Assembly (NCBI RefSeq): GCF_009914755.1
Contig: NC_060935.1
From: the human T2T-CHM13v2.0 reference genome, Homo sapiens
Direction: 5' to 3' (one strand)
DNA length: 64,000 nucleotides
This document shows positions 16,001 through 39,017 of this stretch, piece after piece (the first letter of the stretch is position 1; every line of letters starts with the position of its first letter). Below the pieces are notes generated by a model, which worked only from the letters and a program-made list of their open reading frames with translations, was not told the DNA's origin and made no database searches. Made by a program: the position numbers and the translations under genes.

Positions 16001-19000
16001 CAATCCCCCACTTGAAGTAATAGATTTGAAATACATATGCAGCAAGAAAGACAAACAGTTTGGGCAAGGGCTGCAGTGAAAGGGACTGTTAAACTTACTC
16101 AGCTTCACTTCTTAACTTGCCCAGTTTAACACCCCCCAACACACACACACAGCAAGAAGCTTAGGAGGCATTATTTCTAAAAGACCTGAAGAAAGACTTT
16201 CTAATTTCCAGAAATCCATTAATTTTAAGGGATCAAGTATTATTTTTTAATTATTCTGATAAGAAAATACTTTTCTTTGGTTGTCAGAACTGTCAAGTTT
16301 TCTTAGATGACGAATTCTGCCTTATTGTGATTACTGTGGGTAAGGGTAAAATGGAAGAGTATCAAGTGACAGTGTAATTATTCTCTACTGGTAGCTATGG
16401 TTCCAGTTGAAAGAAGCAAGTAGTCTCACAACAAAAGCAACCATTGAAGACTCATAGAGAAGTGACACATTTGGCTAGAACACTGAAGGATCTCTCCATC
16501 ATTGTACCTGGCAAATTCTAAGCAGTTTTTTTTTTTTTTTGGAGCGCAGTCACACTTACAAATTGTAGTATTTTCTTTTGATATGCAACATCTGAAGACT
16601 ATATGTATAAGGAGACATTGCATCATTCTTCCTAGAATCCTTAGAAATGTAGAAAAGAAGTAACGCAGTTTATAAAACAGATACAAAGTGCTCAACCCAA
16701 AGCTTATTTTACTTGTATATTCAAAAAAATATATAGGTTTGTGTGATTTTCATAGTCAGCATTTTGTTACTTCTTGAGGGAAAGACCCTCAGCATGATAT
16801 TTAAGTTTCTGATATTTAATTATCCTTCTAAATTGTCTCACTTTTCTCTTTTCTTTTCTTTAGAGCAAGTTTTCTAATAGAAAGAATGAAATATTTTATT
16901 TTATATTCCAAAAATATAAAGAATTTATAATAAAATCATTGTAGAATAATTTTTAAGATTAAAAAATTGGGATGAGATTGGGAGACTATCATATGATACA
17001 GGTAATCTTGTCACTTGTACATCCTCAGTGTCTCGCTTGAGTAGTGACAGCTTTAAGTAGGAGAGGAAGACAAGCTGGATTCTTGGGTTCTTCTATAAGG
17101 AAGATAAAGAGAGCACACCCTGGGGTGTCTAGATGTCCTTGGGGCCTCATGGAAGACTATCATTGGATCCTCTGACAGGCACTGACCATATGTCTGGGAA
17201 AAGGGAGATGTAATAGTCAGTGGTGACTACGATAACACATTATTGCCCTTGATAGAAATAAAAGACATATAAAGGAGTAACTTAGTTTCAGGAGAAAGAT
17301 CATCAATTTGTATTAAACCAGTTGACTTTCAGGGGCTCACTGGGCCATCTAAGTTGGAGAAGGAGAGCAGAAGCTTAGGAGAGAGTCAGTTATTGGAGAA
17401 AGTTATGACAATAAATAACATGTTTAAAGGGAAACAGCATGGTACTAACAGAAACCCTGAATATAAATAGGAAATTTTAAGAGAGAAAGAAAGTTAAGAG
17501 GGATAAAAATTGAACTTTGAGATGTCTGCATGTGTGTGGTAGAAGAGGAGGTAGAACCCAGAAGAAAGAAAAGAACCAGTGTTAAAAGAAGTATCAGTGC
17601 CCTGGAGGTTGTAGGAGTTTTAGGAGGAAGGGGGAGGTGTTCTGTGAACCAGTGATGTTCTGTGAACCAGATGTTCACAGAACCACTGGTTCTGTGAATC
17701 AGTGAAGTGTAACCCCTGGAGCAGAATTTGGGAGGCAGTTTGATGATTTATGGAGAACAATGTCAGTAGAAAGGTGGGGGCAGGACCTGGGGTTGGGTGG
17801 GGGAGAGAGAGAGAGGAGCCTGAGAGGAGGGAGAGAGGGAGTAAGGACAGTAGCTTAAATTAGGAAAGAGATTGATGACTGATGATTTAATAAAGAGAAA
17901 AATAACTGATTATTTAATTCAACATAGTCCTGGACCAAGTGGGAAATGTTGATTTAAGGAGTTCAAATGGAGAAATTAGCCCTAGAAAGCAGTGTTTTCT
18001 CCTGAGAGGACGGAGAACAGTGAGAAACATGGGGTGTAATCAATAGGTGACAGAGGGAAGTGTGTGCCAACTCATTTAATTAATAAAAATGTTTTGGGTG
18101 CCTACAATATATAAGAAAACCAATATTCTTGGAAAACACAATAGTGAACAAGACACAGATTATGTTCTCAATACTTTTATATGGAAGATAAGTCAAGGAT
18201 AGACATAATTGTAGAGACTGAAAACACAAGCTATTGAGTTAGTTATAAATTTCTCTATACCTTGGTTTCTTCCTTCATAAAATTGGGATAATGATAGTAC
18301 CAACTTCATAGATTAGTTGTGAGTTTTGAATAGGATACTATAAAGTGCTTAATAAGGGGTCTGTCTAAATGAAGTGCTAAATAAAAGTGACACTGTTCAC
18401 ATTATATAAGGTAGAAGTGATAAGTGGCAAGAGAACTACAGGATATGAAAGAAGATGTGCTGTTTTGTTGGGACAGTAAAGGAAGATGAACAGTCAAGTT
18501 CATCTACTTGGGAAGGAGTGGAACTTAAGAACTGACGAAGAAGGGAAAGTTTGGGAGAGAGAATGTGGGAGGGGAGAAACAGTTTGAAGTTGAATAATAG
18601 CATAAAGTCAAAACTCAGGAAGATGTCAAGACATCAGTAAAATAGGCACTCAGTTAAAAACTGCCCCTAGTTTAAAAAATCTGTTTCGAGCATCCCAATC
18701 TTTTTTGAGCTTCCCTTTCCTAGTGTCCTAACAGGACTATTTGACCAAATAGAGAAATCTAGCCCACGAACCTCCCTCAAGTTCTTATTTCCTTTTTTAT
18801 CCAGGATAGATATAATGGTTCATTCTCCATTCAACCCATCAACAACCTTATCCCTTTCTCACTGAGGTATACTTGCCTGGAAAAATCCTAACCCTGATGG
18901 AACCTTACTATCTGCTTTCTTCATCTCTTTTGAATGGCCCTTCTCTATGGGGAAAATTCCTGTCATGCTAGATTGGTCCATGTAGGGCTGATACCAGTTG

Positions 19001-19421
19001 TGCGAGGGATAGGGGACACATACTGCAAAGTCACACGGTATGAGTTAAGGAAACACATCATCTTTATTCTTTGTTAGTTCCGTACCTTTCCTCTTTCTTT
19101 CCCTTAACTCTAATTTGCCTTTATCACTTGAATGTATAGTTTATTTTCAGTCGTTCTTTCTTTTCCTTTTAATACAATGAAATATGCCTCTTAGTTGTCT
19201 TTAACGCTTTTCCTCCTAAACCCTATTTTTAAATGAACATACAGAAATTTGTGAAAATCATCATACCTTGATGAGTTAACACAATGAGTTATTCTGATGG
19301 GTATGAAACCAGCACCCAGGTTCTGAACAGATTAACTTCACTCAAGAGATCCCCTCAAGCCCCCCTACACAACAACCCCTCTTTTCCCAAGGTAGCCACT
19401 ACTCTGACTTCAAACATAGAT

Positions 19422-19459
19422 TACTACACTTGATCTTAGCCAAAAGGCCAAGAAGCAAT
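19422..19459 (-). pseudogene. 3'-truncated (tailless) U2 snRNA retropseudogene, first ~38 nt
   Basis: Reverse complement ATTGCTTCTTGGCCTTTTGGCTAAGATCAAGTGTAGTA matches the U2 5' end with two CpG transitions; 16-bp TSD tcaaacatagattact at 19410-19425 and 19460-19475. Confidence 0.9.
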
Positions 19460-20014
19460 TCAAACATAGATTACTTTGCCTCCTTTTCATCTTTATATAA
19501 ATGCAATTGTGTAATAGGTATTCTTCTGAGTCTTGATAATGTTACTCAATATTGATCTTTATAAAACTGCATTTTCATGTGGCTTTGGTTTATCTTCATT
19601 GCTATATGGTATTCTGTTGTGTGAATATACTGCAGTGTACTTATTCATTCTATTGCTGATGGACATTTGGGTTGTTTAAGTGTTTGGCTACCAGAAACAA
19701 TGTTGTTATGAACATTACTGGATGTGACTTTCAGCTCACAACCATACACATTTCCTAGGCATGTGGAACAGTTGGATCACAGAACATATGTATGTTCAGT
19801 TTTAGAAGAAACTGTCCAAATAGTTTTCCAAAGTGATTATAGTGCTTCATATTCTCTGTAGTAGGGTATGAAAATTCCCACTGTTCCACATCCACACCTC
19901 CACTTGAATTATCAATCTTATAAAATTTTAGCCTCTCTTTGTAATATTATTATTCTATTCTGGTATTTAATTTCTGGATGCCTAATATTTTTTCCAAATA
20001 TCAATTTTTAATCT

Positions 20015-20034
20015 CTGTGTATTCTTTCTTTTAG
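20015..20034 (+). promoter_or_regulatory. Splice acceptor of the KDM4D coding exon
   Basis: Polypyrimidine tract attctttcttttAG, 350 nt upstream of the ATG; a positional homolog lies upstream of KDM4E. Confidence 0.7.
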
Positions 20035-20384
20035 ATTTTGTTCTAAACACTGAGGACATTCTCTGCTACATTTGGGTCGTACCCCCAGGTCTGAGTAATT
20101 CAATAGACTTAAGAAGACAGAGCCCAGCAGCAACCGAAACATAACAGAGTTGCAGGATCAGCTAACGTCAATGCCTGGGCAAAGCTGCTGCCCAGAGTGG
20201 AATCTCACTAGTGAATAAACAAGCCCAAGAAAGATTATCATCTCATTTGCAAAAAAAAAAAGTACGCTGGTAGATCCTGCTACCTCATAGATAACACCAG
20301 TCAAATTTTTTTTTAAAGTAGCATTTTCCTACATTGTCAACTATCTAGAACATACCTAAAAACTAAGAGTTTACTGCTTATTAA

Positions 20385-21956
<1,572 letters not shown>

Positions 21957-22501
21957 GTCCACGGGCTGTCTTTATATCCCACTGCCCTGCTGTGTGACAG
22001 TTTGATGAAACTGGTTACATTTACATCCCAAAACTTTGGTTGAGTTTGCAGGACTCTAGGCATGCATGAAAGAGCCCCCCTGGTGATGCCCTTGGATGCT
22101 GCCAAGTCCATGGTAGTTTTCAATTTTGCCATACTTTTGTTCTTCCTACCGGACCCTGGAATGTCTTTGGATATTGCTAAAATCTATTTCTGCAGCTGAG
22201 GTTTTATCCACTGGACACATTTGTGTGTGAGAACTAGGTCTTGTTGAGGTTAGCATAACCTGGTATATGCAACTACCATCCTCTGGGCCAACTGTGGAAG
22301 CTGCTGCACTTGTGAAGAATCCTGAGCTTTGATTCCTCTTCAGTCTACGCATTTCTCTCTTCCCCTCCCTCACCCCCTTTTTCTTATAAAACTAGGTTCT
22401 TTATACAGATAAGGTCAGTAGAGTTCCAGAATAAAAGATATGACTTTTCTGAGTTATTTATGTACTTAAAATATGTTGTCACAGTATTTGTTCCCAAATA
22501 T

Positions 22502-22507
22502 ATTAAA
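22502..22507 (+). terminator. Candidate KDM4D polyadenylation signal
   Basis: ATTAAA followed by T/GT-rich tracts, conserved in the paralog at 54831-54836; an alternative AATAAA lies at 22430-22435. Confidence 0.55.
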
Positions 22508-22729
22508 GGTAACCAAAATGTTAAAATCTGATTTTATTTCAAATATTGTGTTTTCAACCTGTGTGTGTATGTGTGTGTGTGTAGATTATTCTTTATGTAC
22601 TTCATAATTATTTGAAAACATTTATGGCATTGTGTGGTGGTGAATGAGCTCAGGGGATGGTTGTCGCATTATGGCTGTCTGGCTGGGTAGGGGGGCTGGG
22701 TTGCAGTCATGCTTCGAGGATGGTGGATT

Positions 22730-23402
<673 letters not shown>

Positions 23403-24164
23403 AAAGCTGGAGGCATCATAGTACTTTATTGCAAAATCTACTACAAATCTGTAGTATCAAAACAGCATGGCAGTGGCATAAAAACAGACACATAGACCAA
23501 TGGAACAGCGTAATGAGCCAAGAAGTAAACCCATGCATTTATGGTCACTTGATCTTGTTAAAGGTGCCAAGAACACACAGTGGGGAAAGGACAATCTCTT
23601 CAGTGAATGGTTCTGGGAAAACTGGATAATCCACATGGGGAAGAATGAAATTAAATCCTCATCTCACACCATATACAGATATCAACTCTAAATAGTTGAA
23701 AGAGTTAAAACATAATACCAGAAACTGTAAAACTACTAGAAGAAAACGGGGAAAACTTCCTTTTTTTGGTGTGGTGCAGATTTTTAATTTGATTTATTTA
23801 TATTTTTAAATTTTTTATTTCCATAGGTAATTGGGAAATAGGTGGTGTTTGGTTACATGAGTTTTTTAGTGGTGATTTGTGAGATTTTGGTGCACCCATC
23901 ACTCAAGCAGTATACACTGCACCCAATTTTTAGTCTTTTATCCCTCACCCCCTTCCCACCCTTTGCCCTTGAGTCCCCAACATCCATTGTGTCATTCTTA
24001 TGCCTTTGCATCCTCATAGCTTAGCTCTCACTTATGAGTGAGAACATCTGATGTTTGGTTTCCCATTCCTGAGTTACTTCACTTAGAATAATAGTCTCTA
24101 ATCCCATCCAGGTTGTTGTGAATGCTGTTAACTCATTCCTTTTTATGGGTGAGTAGTATTCCAT

Positions 24165-24232
<68 letters not shown>

Positions 24233-25777
24233 ATGTATATATATATATATACCACAGTTTGTTTATCCACTCATTGATTGATGGGCATTTGCATTGGTTC
24301 CACATTTTTGCAATTGCAATTTGTGCTGCTATAAATGTGCACATGTAAGACCTGAATAGATGTTTGTCCAAAGGAAACATTAAAATAGCCAACAAGTATA
24401 TTAAAAGGTGCTCAGCATCATTAACCAGGGAAATGCACATCAAACCACTTTGAGATACCCCTTCACACCTGTTAGGTTGGCTATTATCAAAAAGTCAAAA
24501 AAGACAGCAAATGTTGACAATGGTATGGAGAAGAGGGAACTCTTATACACTGTTGATGGGAATATAGATTAGTACAGCCATTACAGAAAACAGTATGAAG
24601 GTTTCCAAAAGAAATTAAAAAGAAACCTATCATACAACTCATGAATCCCTCTCCTGGGCATATACCCAAAGGAAATGAAATCCTCACCTTGTAAAGATAT
24701 CTGCATTTCTATGTTCATTGCGGCACTCTTCACAGTAGCCAAGATACGGAAACAGCCTGGCTGTTGACTGATGAATGGATAAAGTTTTTTCTTTTTAAGA
24801 TGGAGTCTCGCTCTGTCACCCTGGCTGGAGTGCAGTGTCACCATCTCAGCTCACTGCAAGCTCTACTTCCCATGCTCAAGGGATCCTCCAGCCTCAGCCT
24901 CCTGAGTAGCTGGGATTATAGGCCTGCGCCACCACGCCCAGCTAATTTTTCTATTTTTAGTAGAGATGGGGTTTCACCATGTGGGCCAGGCTGGTCTTGA
25001 ACTTCTGACCTCAAGTGATTGGCCCGCCTCGGCCTACCAAAGTGCTGGGGTTACAGGTGTGAGCCACCATGCTCAGCCAATAAATCCTGATACATAGACA
25101 CTATGGAATATTTTTCAGTGCTAAAAATGAATAAAATCTTGCCATTTGCCACAATGTGGATGAGCCTGGAGGATGTTATGCTAAGTGACATAAGCCAGAC
25201 ACAGAAAGAAAAATATTGCATGATCTCATTTGTGGAATGTTAAAAAAAAAAAAGAAAAATTCAAATATACGGGGATAGAGAATAAAATAGTGGTCACCAA
25301 TAGCAGGAGTGTGGGATGGAGGAAAAATGAGGAAATGATCAGAGGATAAAAGGTAACATATATAGGATGAACAAGTTGAGAGATTTCATGTATCACATGA
25401 AGACTATAGATAATAAAATTGTCCTGCCAGATGTGGTTGCAGAGGCCTGTAATCCCAGTGCTTTGGGAGGTCAAGGCAGAAGGATTGTTTGAGCACAGGA
25501 GTTCAAGACCTGCTTGGGTAACATAATGAGATCCCCTCTCTGCAAAATAAATAAATAAATAGTGCTAGATTCATGCTAAATGAGTAGATTTCAACTACTC
25601 TAGCCACAAAAACACAAAACAATGAAACAATGGGCATGTGAGATGATGGATATGTTGATTTCCTTCACTGTAGTAACCTTTTTATTGCCTATATATGTTC
25701 TGTAAAAGCATGTTTTATATCTTAAATATAAATAAAAAATTTTAATAAATAGAACTACCAGCAATCCCACTACCAGG
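23403..25777. mobile_element. Nested L1 fragments (+ strand L1M with an antisense primate L1 3' end at ~23790-24345), plus Alus at ~24785-25078 (-) and ~25427-25560 (+)
   Basis: aacagacacatagaccaatggaac; ttatgagtgagaacatctgatgtttgg; (TA)n at ~24176-24250. Confidence 0.8.
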
Positions 25778-33014
<7,237 letters not shown>

Positions 33015-33665
33015 GGTATATATCCAAAGGAAATGAAAGCAGCACGTTGAAGAGATAACGGCACACCTATGTTCATTTTCATTGCAGCATTTTTCACAAT
33101 AGCCAAGATATGGTGTCAACCTGTGTCTCTCAGTGGATGAATGAATGGATAAAGAAACTGTGGCATATGTATAAAATAGAATTCTATTCAGCCTTAAAAA
33201 GATTGAAATCCTGTCATTTGCAACAACATCAATGAACCTGAAAGACATTATGCTAAGTTAAATAAGTCACACAGGAGAACAAATACTGCGTGAACTCATT
33301 TATATGTGGGAGCAAAGAGTCAAACTCATAGAAGCAGAGAGTTTAATAGTAGTTATCAGAAGCTGAAGGGTGGGAACATTGAGGAGATGTTCGTCAATGG
33401 GTACAAAATTTTAGTTTGAGAGGAGCAGGTTCTGGAGATTTATTATACAGCATGGTGACTATAGTTAATCATAATGTATTGTGCACTTTACAATTGCTAA
33501 GAGGGTAGATTTGTGCTCTCACTATAAAAGATATGTGAGATAATGCATATGTTAATTAGCTTTATTGACTTATTCCACAGTGTATACACATATCAAACTG
33601 TCATGTTGCACACCATCAATATACACAATTTTTATATGTCATTTGAAGAAAACAATTTAAAAAGG
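33015..33665 (+). mobile_element. L1 3' end (L1MA-like)
   Basis: gaatggataaagaaactgtggcatat, ctgtcatttgcaacaacat, cagcatggtgactatagttaa. Confidence 0.85.
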
Positions 33666-33679
33666 AGCAGGGTATTATT

Positions 33680-34840
33680 CTCCCTATTATTTAGGGTATA
33701 GCATTTATATAATTTATTTGGAATTCTGCTACAAGATAGATTTGTCTCTTTTCTTCAATTTGTCAATTTATTCAATCATTTATATCAGTATGAACTCACA
33801 GATATTTATTTTGTACTTTTGATTATAATTCAAGATGACTTTTTTTTTTTTTTTTGCTAAGTTTCTTCAAGCTTTGGCCATTGGGAGCTGTTTCTGTTCA
33901 TTCCTGTGCCCCGTTGCCGTACCCCCATCAAGGTTTTTGTTTGCTTGTATTTAAAACATCCTTGTTTTCAAGCACTTCAAGATATCCCAGACTTGTCCAG
34001 TACATTTCCTTTCCTCGGTCTAGAAATTTCTTTTTCTCCATCAGTATTGCCAATTCTTTATTTTATTTTTCTTTAAAGGCATCAGATTTCAGTACCTTAA
34101 TCATCTCTTTTTTTGTGTATCTTTGTTTTCTCTTTTGTTTATCATTCTGTCATTATTTTAATCTTTCATTTTTATTGCCTAATTCTGTTTTTTTTGGTTT
34201 TGGTTTTTACTAACTGCTGAGTTGAGCATCGAGATGAATAGACTTTTACAAACACGGATATTAATTTTGAAATAAATATGGTTGGGTTCAACTCCTTTTT
34301 GCTGACTTTAAATTATATTTAATTGTGGTCAAGATTGTGCTCAATATACTGATTGTATGGAATTTTAATTGATATTTATTTTGTACCCCGAATTGCTAAA
34401 TTTTTGTAAATGTTTTATATCTGTTGTAAAGCATTTCTCTTTGCTTTATGGTGGTGGTGAGTCATATGATCAAAGTTGTTAAGTTTGTTCAAACTCTTAT
34501 AGCATTATTAATTTTCTTCTCTCCTTTGTCACTTTCAGAGAGAATGGTGTTAAAGAAAAATCAAAACTCCTGCCATAATTGCAGAATCATCAGTTTTACC
34601 TTGTAATTCTCAGGATTCACTTTCTATGACTCAATGCCATATGGTTAGGTGTATGATGTTCATCACTGTAATATGTTTCTAGTGAAGTTTTCTTTTTGAT
34701 AGTTATAAAATGTGCCACTTTGATCCTATAAATACATTGCTATCCCAGGTTTCTTTTTTTAATATTTGTCCTGTTGTGCCTTTTTCAACCTCTTAATTTT
34801 CAGCCTCTTAGTTAACTCTGTTTTAAAATTGCTTTTTAAA
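33680..34840 (+). repeat. Upstream block of the duplicated cassette, copy 1 (paralogs ~40680-41775 and ~58800-60255)
   Basis: Shared ordered anchors: gaactc, gattataattcaa, ttggccattgggagctgttt, aataaatatggttgg, tggtcaagatt, gttcatcactgta, taaaatgtgc. Confidence 0.85.
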
Positions 34841-34880
34841 AAAGGACCTTTATAAGTCAAATCAGGAAACTAGCCCTTGG

Positions 34881-36380
34881 GTGAAGGACATCAGTTTCGT
34901 GACCCTGCTATGGATCGATTACAGCAAAGTGGCCTCCAGTGTGGCTGCCAGGGGACGAGGGTGACTTTTTCCCATGGACGTCTTTGTGCACATCCTGTAA
35001 ACCGAGCCCTATGAGCTGCGGAAACACAGGCAAGACCAGGCAATTGTGGACCACATGGAGCCCAGGGCACTAGACAGCCAGCAGCTGAGCACCTAGAGGG
35101 AGGCCCAGTTGACCAGGAGAGCCGTGTTAGGCCTGAGGCATCTCCCTCTTCACTGAGCTCAAAGCCCCAGTTTGCCTGTGGCCGTGGGTGCCGTTATGTG
35201 CTCTCCACGCCTCCGTCCTTCAGTGGCCCTAGGGGCTGCTTCCCATAGCGAGGTCACCATGACCTGCAGCTCCCAGAAGCCTGGCTGGATCCCATTGCTG
35301 ACCCTCATTCTGTCCACCCCAGATCTTCATCCCCAAACTGGCAGACATGGTCGTGGTCATAGTCGTTGTGCTCTGGAACTGGGGGCTCAGGAGCCGACCA
35401 TTCTGGCTTAGGCCAGGAGGCCCCTCTTGGTGGGCACAGTGCACTTAGTTCTGGGCCCTGAGCCTCATCCGCTGTATACAGATGAAGCTTTGATGGACAA
35501 AGTTGCACCTTTGAACTTGGGGCTTCAGCATCTTGCCAAGGCTTCTGGGTGCTGCTGTGCCCCTGATCATCAACCCTTGGGGTCCCCACTGAATCATGAT
35601 GAACCCATGCACCCTGGCCCCTATGCCTGCTAACCCAGGGTAGCACCACTCAGAATCTCTCTGACATTGTTCCCCTGACTCCTCCCAATGTCATTGTGTC
35701 TTTGAATAAGTTCTGCAGGGATGCTGCTCCAGATTGCACAGCCCCTGTGAATCTGGATGAGACTGAAGCAATGGACCACTCATGCCTCTAGGATCCTGGC
35801 CCCTACTGAGGTTGCCAGAATCTCCTAAGCCCCTGACTCATCTCCTGGTGCTAAAGGTAGACAGAGCTGCACCTCAGAATTTGGAGATATTTGCCTTCAA
35901 TGCAAGATCTCAATCATCTGAACCCATGACTGTTGAATATGTTGCCAAATGTGGCTGCCCCTCTGACCTCAACTACAGAAGCCACAGAAGGCTCCCAGCC
36001 AAGCACAGTTCGGGTCTGGACCTGTGTATTAGATTCTTCGACCTTCAAGAACTGACACATTTTCAAGGTTACCAAATGCTGCCTCCTGTTTGTTAAATTT
36101 GACACTCCTAGTGTGTATCTGACATGTAAAAAAAGGAAAATCCTGAAAACATATTTTAAAATCACAATTATAAAAGAGATATATCTAAAACTAAGTGATT
36201 CAGAAAAATTGAAAACTAAAAGAATGGGGGAAACTGTACCAAGGAAAATGCAAAAGCAAAAGGAAACAGAGGTGGTAGATCTTAATATCAAACAAATGTA
36301 GACCAAAGGGACATAGAAGGACTCTTTATAATACTAAAGGCTAAATTTCACAATGAAAATACAGCCTTTATAAATAGCCA
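34881..36380 (+). pseudogene. 5'-deleted KDM4D/E-like pseudogene with a KDM4E-type 3' tail
   Basis: Homology starts at the [14 protein letters not shown] codons (tggatcgattacagcaaagtggcctcc); stops and frameshifts; tail translates DEALMDKVAPLNLGLQHLAKASGCCCAPD and aligns to 50112-51420. Confidence 0.9.
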
Positions 36381-36399
36381 TGCAACTTTTTCTTCCATT

Positions 36400-36910
36400 A
36401 AACTTTTAATTATTTTTGTTTTGGTATAGTATACATGTATAAATTACAATTTTCACCATTTTAAGTGTATAGTTTAGCTGCTTTAAGGACATTCCCATCG
36501 TTGTACAACCATCAACACCTTCTATCTCCAGAACGTTTTCATCATCACAGACTAGTACTCTACCCATTAAACAGTAACACCTCATTATAGCCTGCCCTGG
36601 CTGCTGGTATCCCTTGTTTTATTTCTCTAATAATTTCAGTATTTTAGGTACCTCATGTAAGTGCAATGATACAATATTTGTCCTTTCATGTCTAGCTTAT
36701 TTGACTTAGCATGATGTCCTCCAGGTTCAACTACGTTGCAGCATGTGTCAGATTTCCTTCCTTTTCAAGGCTGAATAATATTCCACTGTAGGTATATACC
36801 ACATTTTGTTGATCAGTTCTTCCACTGATGAACACTTATGTGGTTTCCACCTTTTGGCTCTGTGCATGGTGCTGTTATGAACACTGGTGTAAACATATCT
36901 TCATGTGTCC
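36400..36910 (-). mobile_element. L1 3' end (L1MB-like), antisense
   Basis: cttatttgacttagcatgatgtcctccaggttca, ggctgaataatattccactgt. Confidence 0.8.
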
Positions 36911-38204
36911 CTGGTAAAACCATTTAATCACCTTTTAGAGTAGGTTACACATTCTTCATTGAACATCATTAATACCCCTGTGCGTCTGCCTTGATTGGAG
37001 ATCTGATTAAATACCTGCAGTAAATCAGTTTTTAATGTCATCTGAAATTCAAAAATTGTAATTAAATTTAATTAAAATTTTAGATTAAAACTTGTGTCAC
37101 TTCTCCTGAATTTTAAGAGACTACTGACAGCTGCATACCAAATATATGCACACCAGCATCTATTACTATTTCAGGGAATTCATGGATCTCTCAGTTCTAT
37201 CCTAAGTCCCAGGTTTAGGAGTCTAAAGTTTCTCTCAGTATCCCCTTATCACGGATGTCTCCTTGGCTTTGAAACAGCGTTTTCAGTCTTCACATAATCT
37301 GCAGAGTTTGGGGAGAGTTGTGCTCCATATCTTTTTATTCCTGCTGGCAGTAACTCACTATGGGCACAACATGGCTCTGTGGGAAGCTGGGCATGGTGAC
37401 CAGGTGGCTGTGTGAAGCCAGGAAGCTCTTGCCAAACTCACAGCCAGCACTGTACATGCACTGAAGCTCACGGGATCCCTTTACCTGGCACAGGACGGGC
37501 AGTGCAAAGCTTGTGTGCTTCTGTCAGAGTGAGCGTGGGTGGGTAGTGGGCACTGCTTCTAGTGGGCTTCCTTCTTCATGGCCTTCTGGTCTCAGAGGCT
37601 GCCAAAGTCCTGACTGAATCCACATAGGGTGAGCGCTTGCACAGAGAATCCAGAGGCGGGTGTCCAAGGCCCCTGTGCTGGGCTCGAGCAGTGCTTGGGA
37701 GACGGTTACCCACGGAGCTTTCCGTGCTGGGCTTGTCTTTCTAGGGGGAAAACAGGAGGGGCGGGCATGGGCTGCAGGGTCCAAAGTGGAATTTACCACA
37801 GTTGGAAAAGAAAGTTCTGGTAAAGTATTATTTCTTTTCTCTTTTATGGTATAGGGCTCTCCTTTTTATGGTACAGATTTAGGCCAGAAATTTGAGATCC
37901 AGCCTAGAACCCATGTGAGTTTCATTAAGTATAAATTGCAGTTTCTATAAGACAAGTTTGAGTAGTACTTTTAAAACAGAAGAATTTAAGTAACTTTACT
38001 GTACTGAAGACAGAAAAAAAGGACAAATGTAGGGATATAGAAAACAAACAACATTAACCATAAGGTAGAATTATGTACCCAGTAATAGAGAATATCCCCT
38101 TATTTTCAAGTACCAATGGATAATTCACAACATTTGACAATATATTAGGGTTAAAAGAAAACATGAATAACTTATAATTTCAAAAGAATAAGAAAATATA
38201 TATA

Positions 38205-38630
38205 TTTTTTGAGACAGGATCTCGTTCTGTCACCCAGGCTGGAGTGCAGTGGTACAATCTCAGCTCACTGCAACTTCTGCCTCCCAGTTCAAGCAATTCT
38301 CCTGCCTCAGGCTCCCGAGTGAGTAGCTGGGATTACAGGCATGTGCCACCACGCCCAGCTAATTTTTTGTAGTTTTAGAACAAACAGGGTTTCACCATGT
38401 TGGCCAGGCTGGTCTCGAACTCCTGACTTCAGGTGAACTGCCCATCTCGGCCTCCCAAAATGCTGGGACTACAGGTGCGTGCCACTATGCCCAGCTAATT
38501 TTTGTATTTTTAGCAGAGATGGAATTTCGCCATTTGCCCAGGCTGGTCTCGAACTCCTGACCTCAGGTGATCTGCCTGTCTTGAACCCCCAGAGTGCTGG
38601 GATTACAGGCATGAGCCACCGCACCTGGCC
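38205..38630 (-). mobile_element. Alu with an extra left monomer (trimeric)
   Basis: A full antisense Alu runs through gctggga(c/t)tacagg into a second ctaatttttgtattttt plus left arm. Confidence 0.85.
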
Positions 38631-38639
38631 AAACATTCT

Positions 38640-38955
38640 TTTTAGAAAAAAAAACAAAACTTTCATTTTAGGTTCAAGGGTACATGTGCAGCTTTTTTAT
38701 ATAGGTAAACTCATGTTATGGGGGTTTGTTGTACAGATTATTTAAACACCTAGGTACTAAGCTTAGTACTATATATATGTGTGTGTATATATATGTGTGT
38801 ATATATATGTGTATATATATGTGTATATATATGTGTATATGTATGTGTATATATATGTGTATATATATGTGTATATATGTGTGTATATATATGTGTATAT
38901 ATATGTGTATATGTGTGTATGTATGTGTGTGTATATATGTGTGTATATATATATA

Positions 38956-39017
<62 letters not shown>

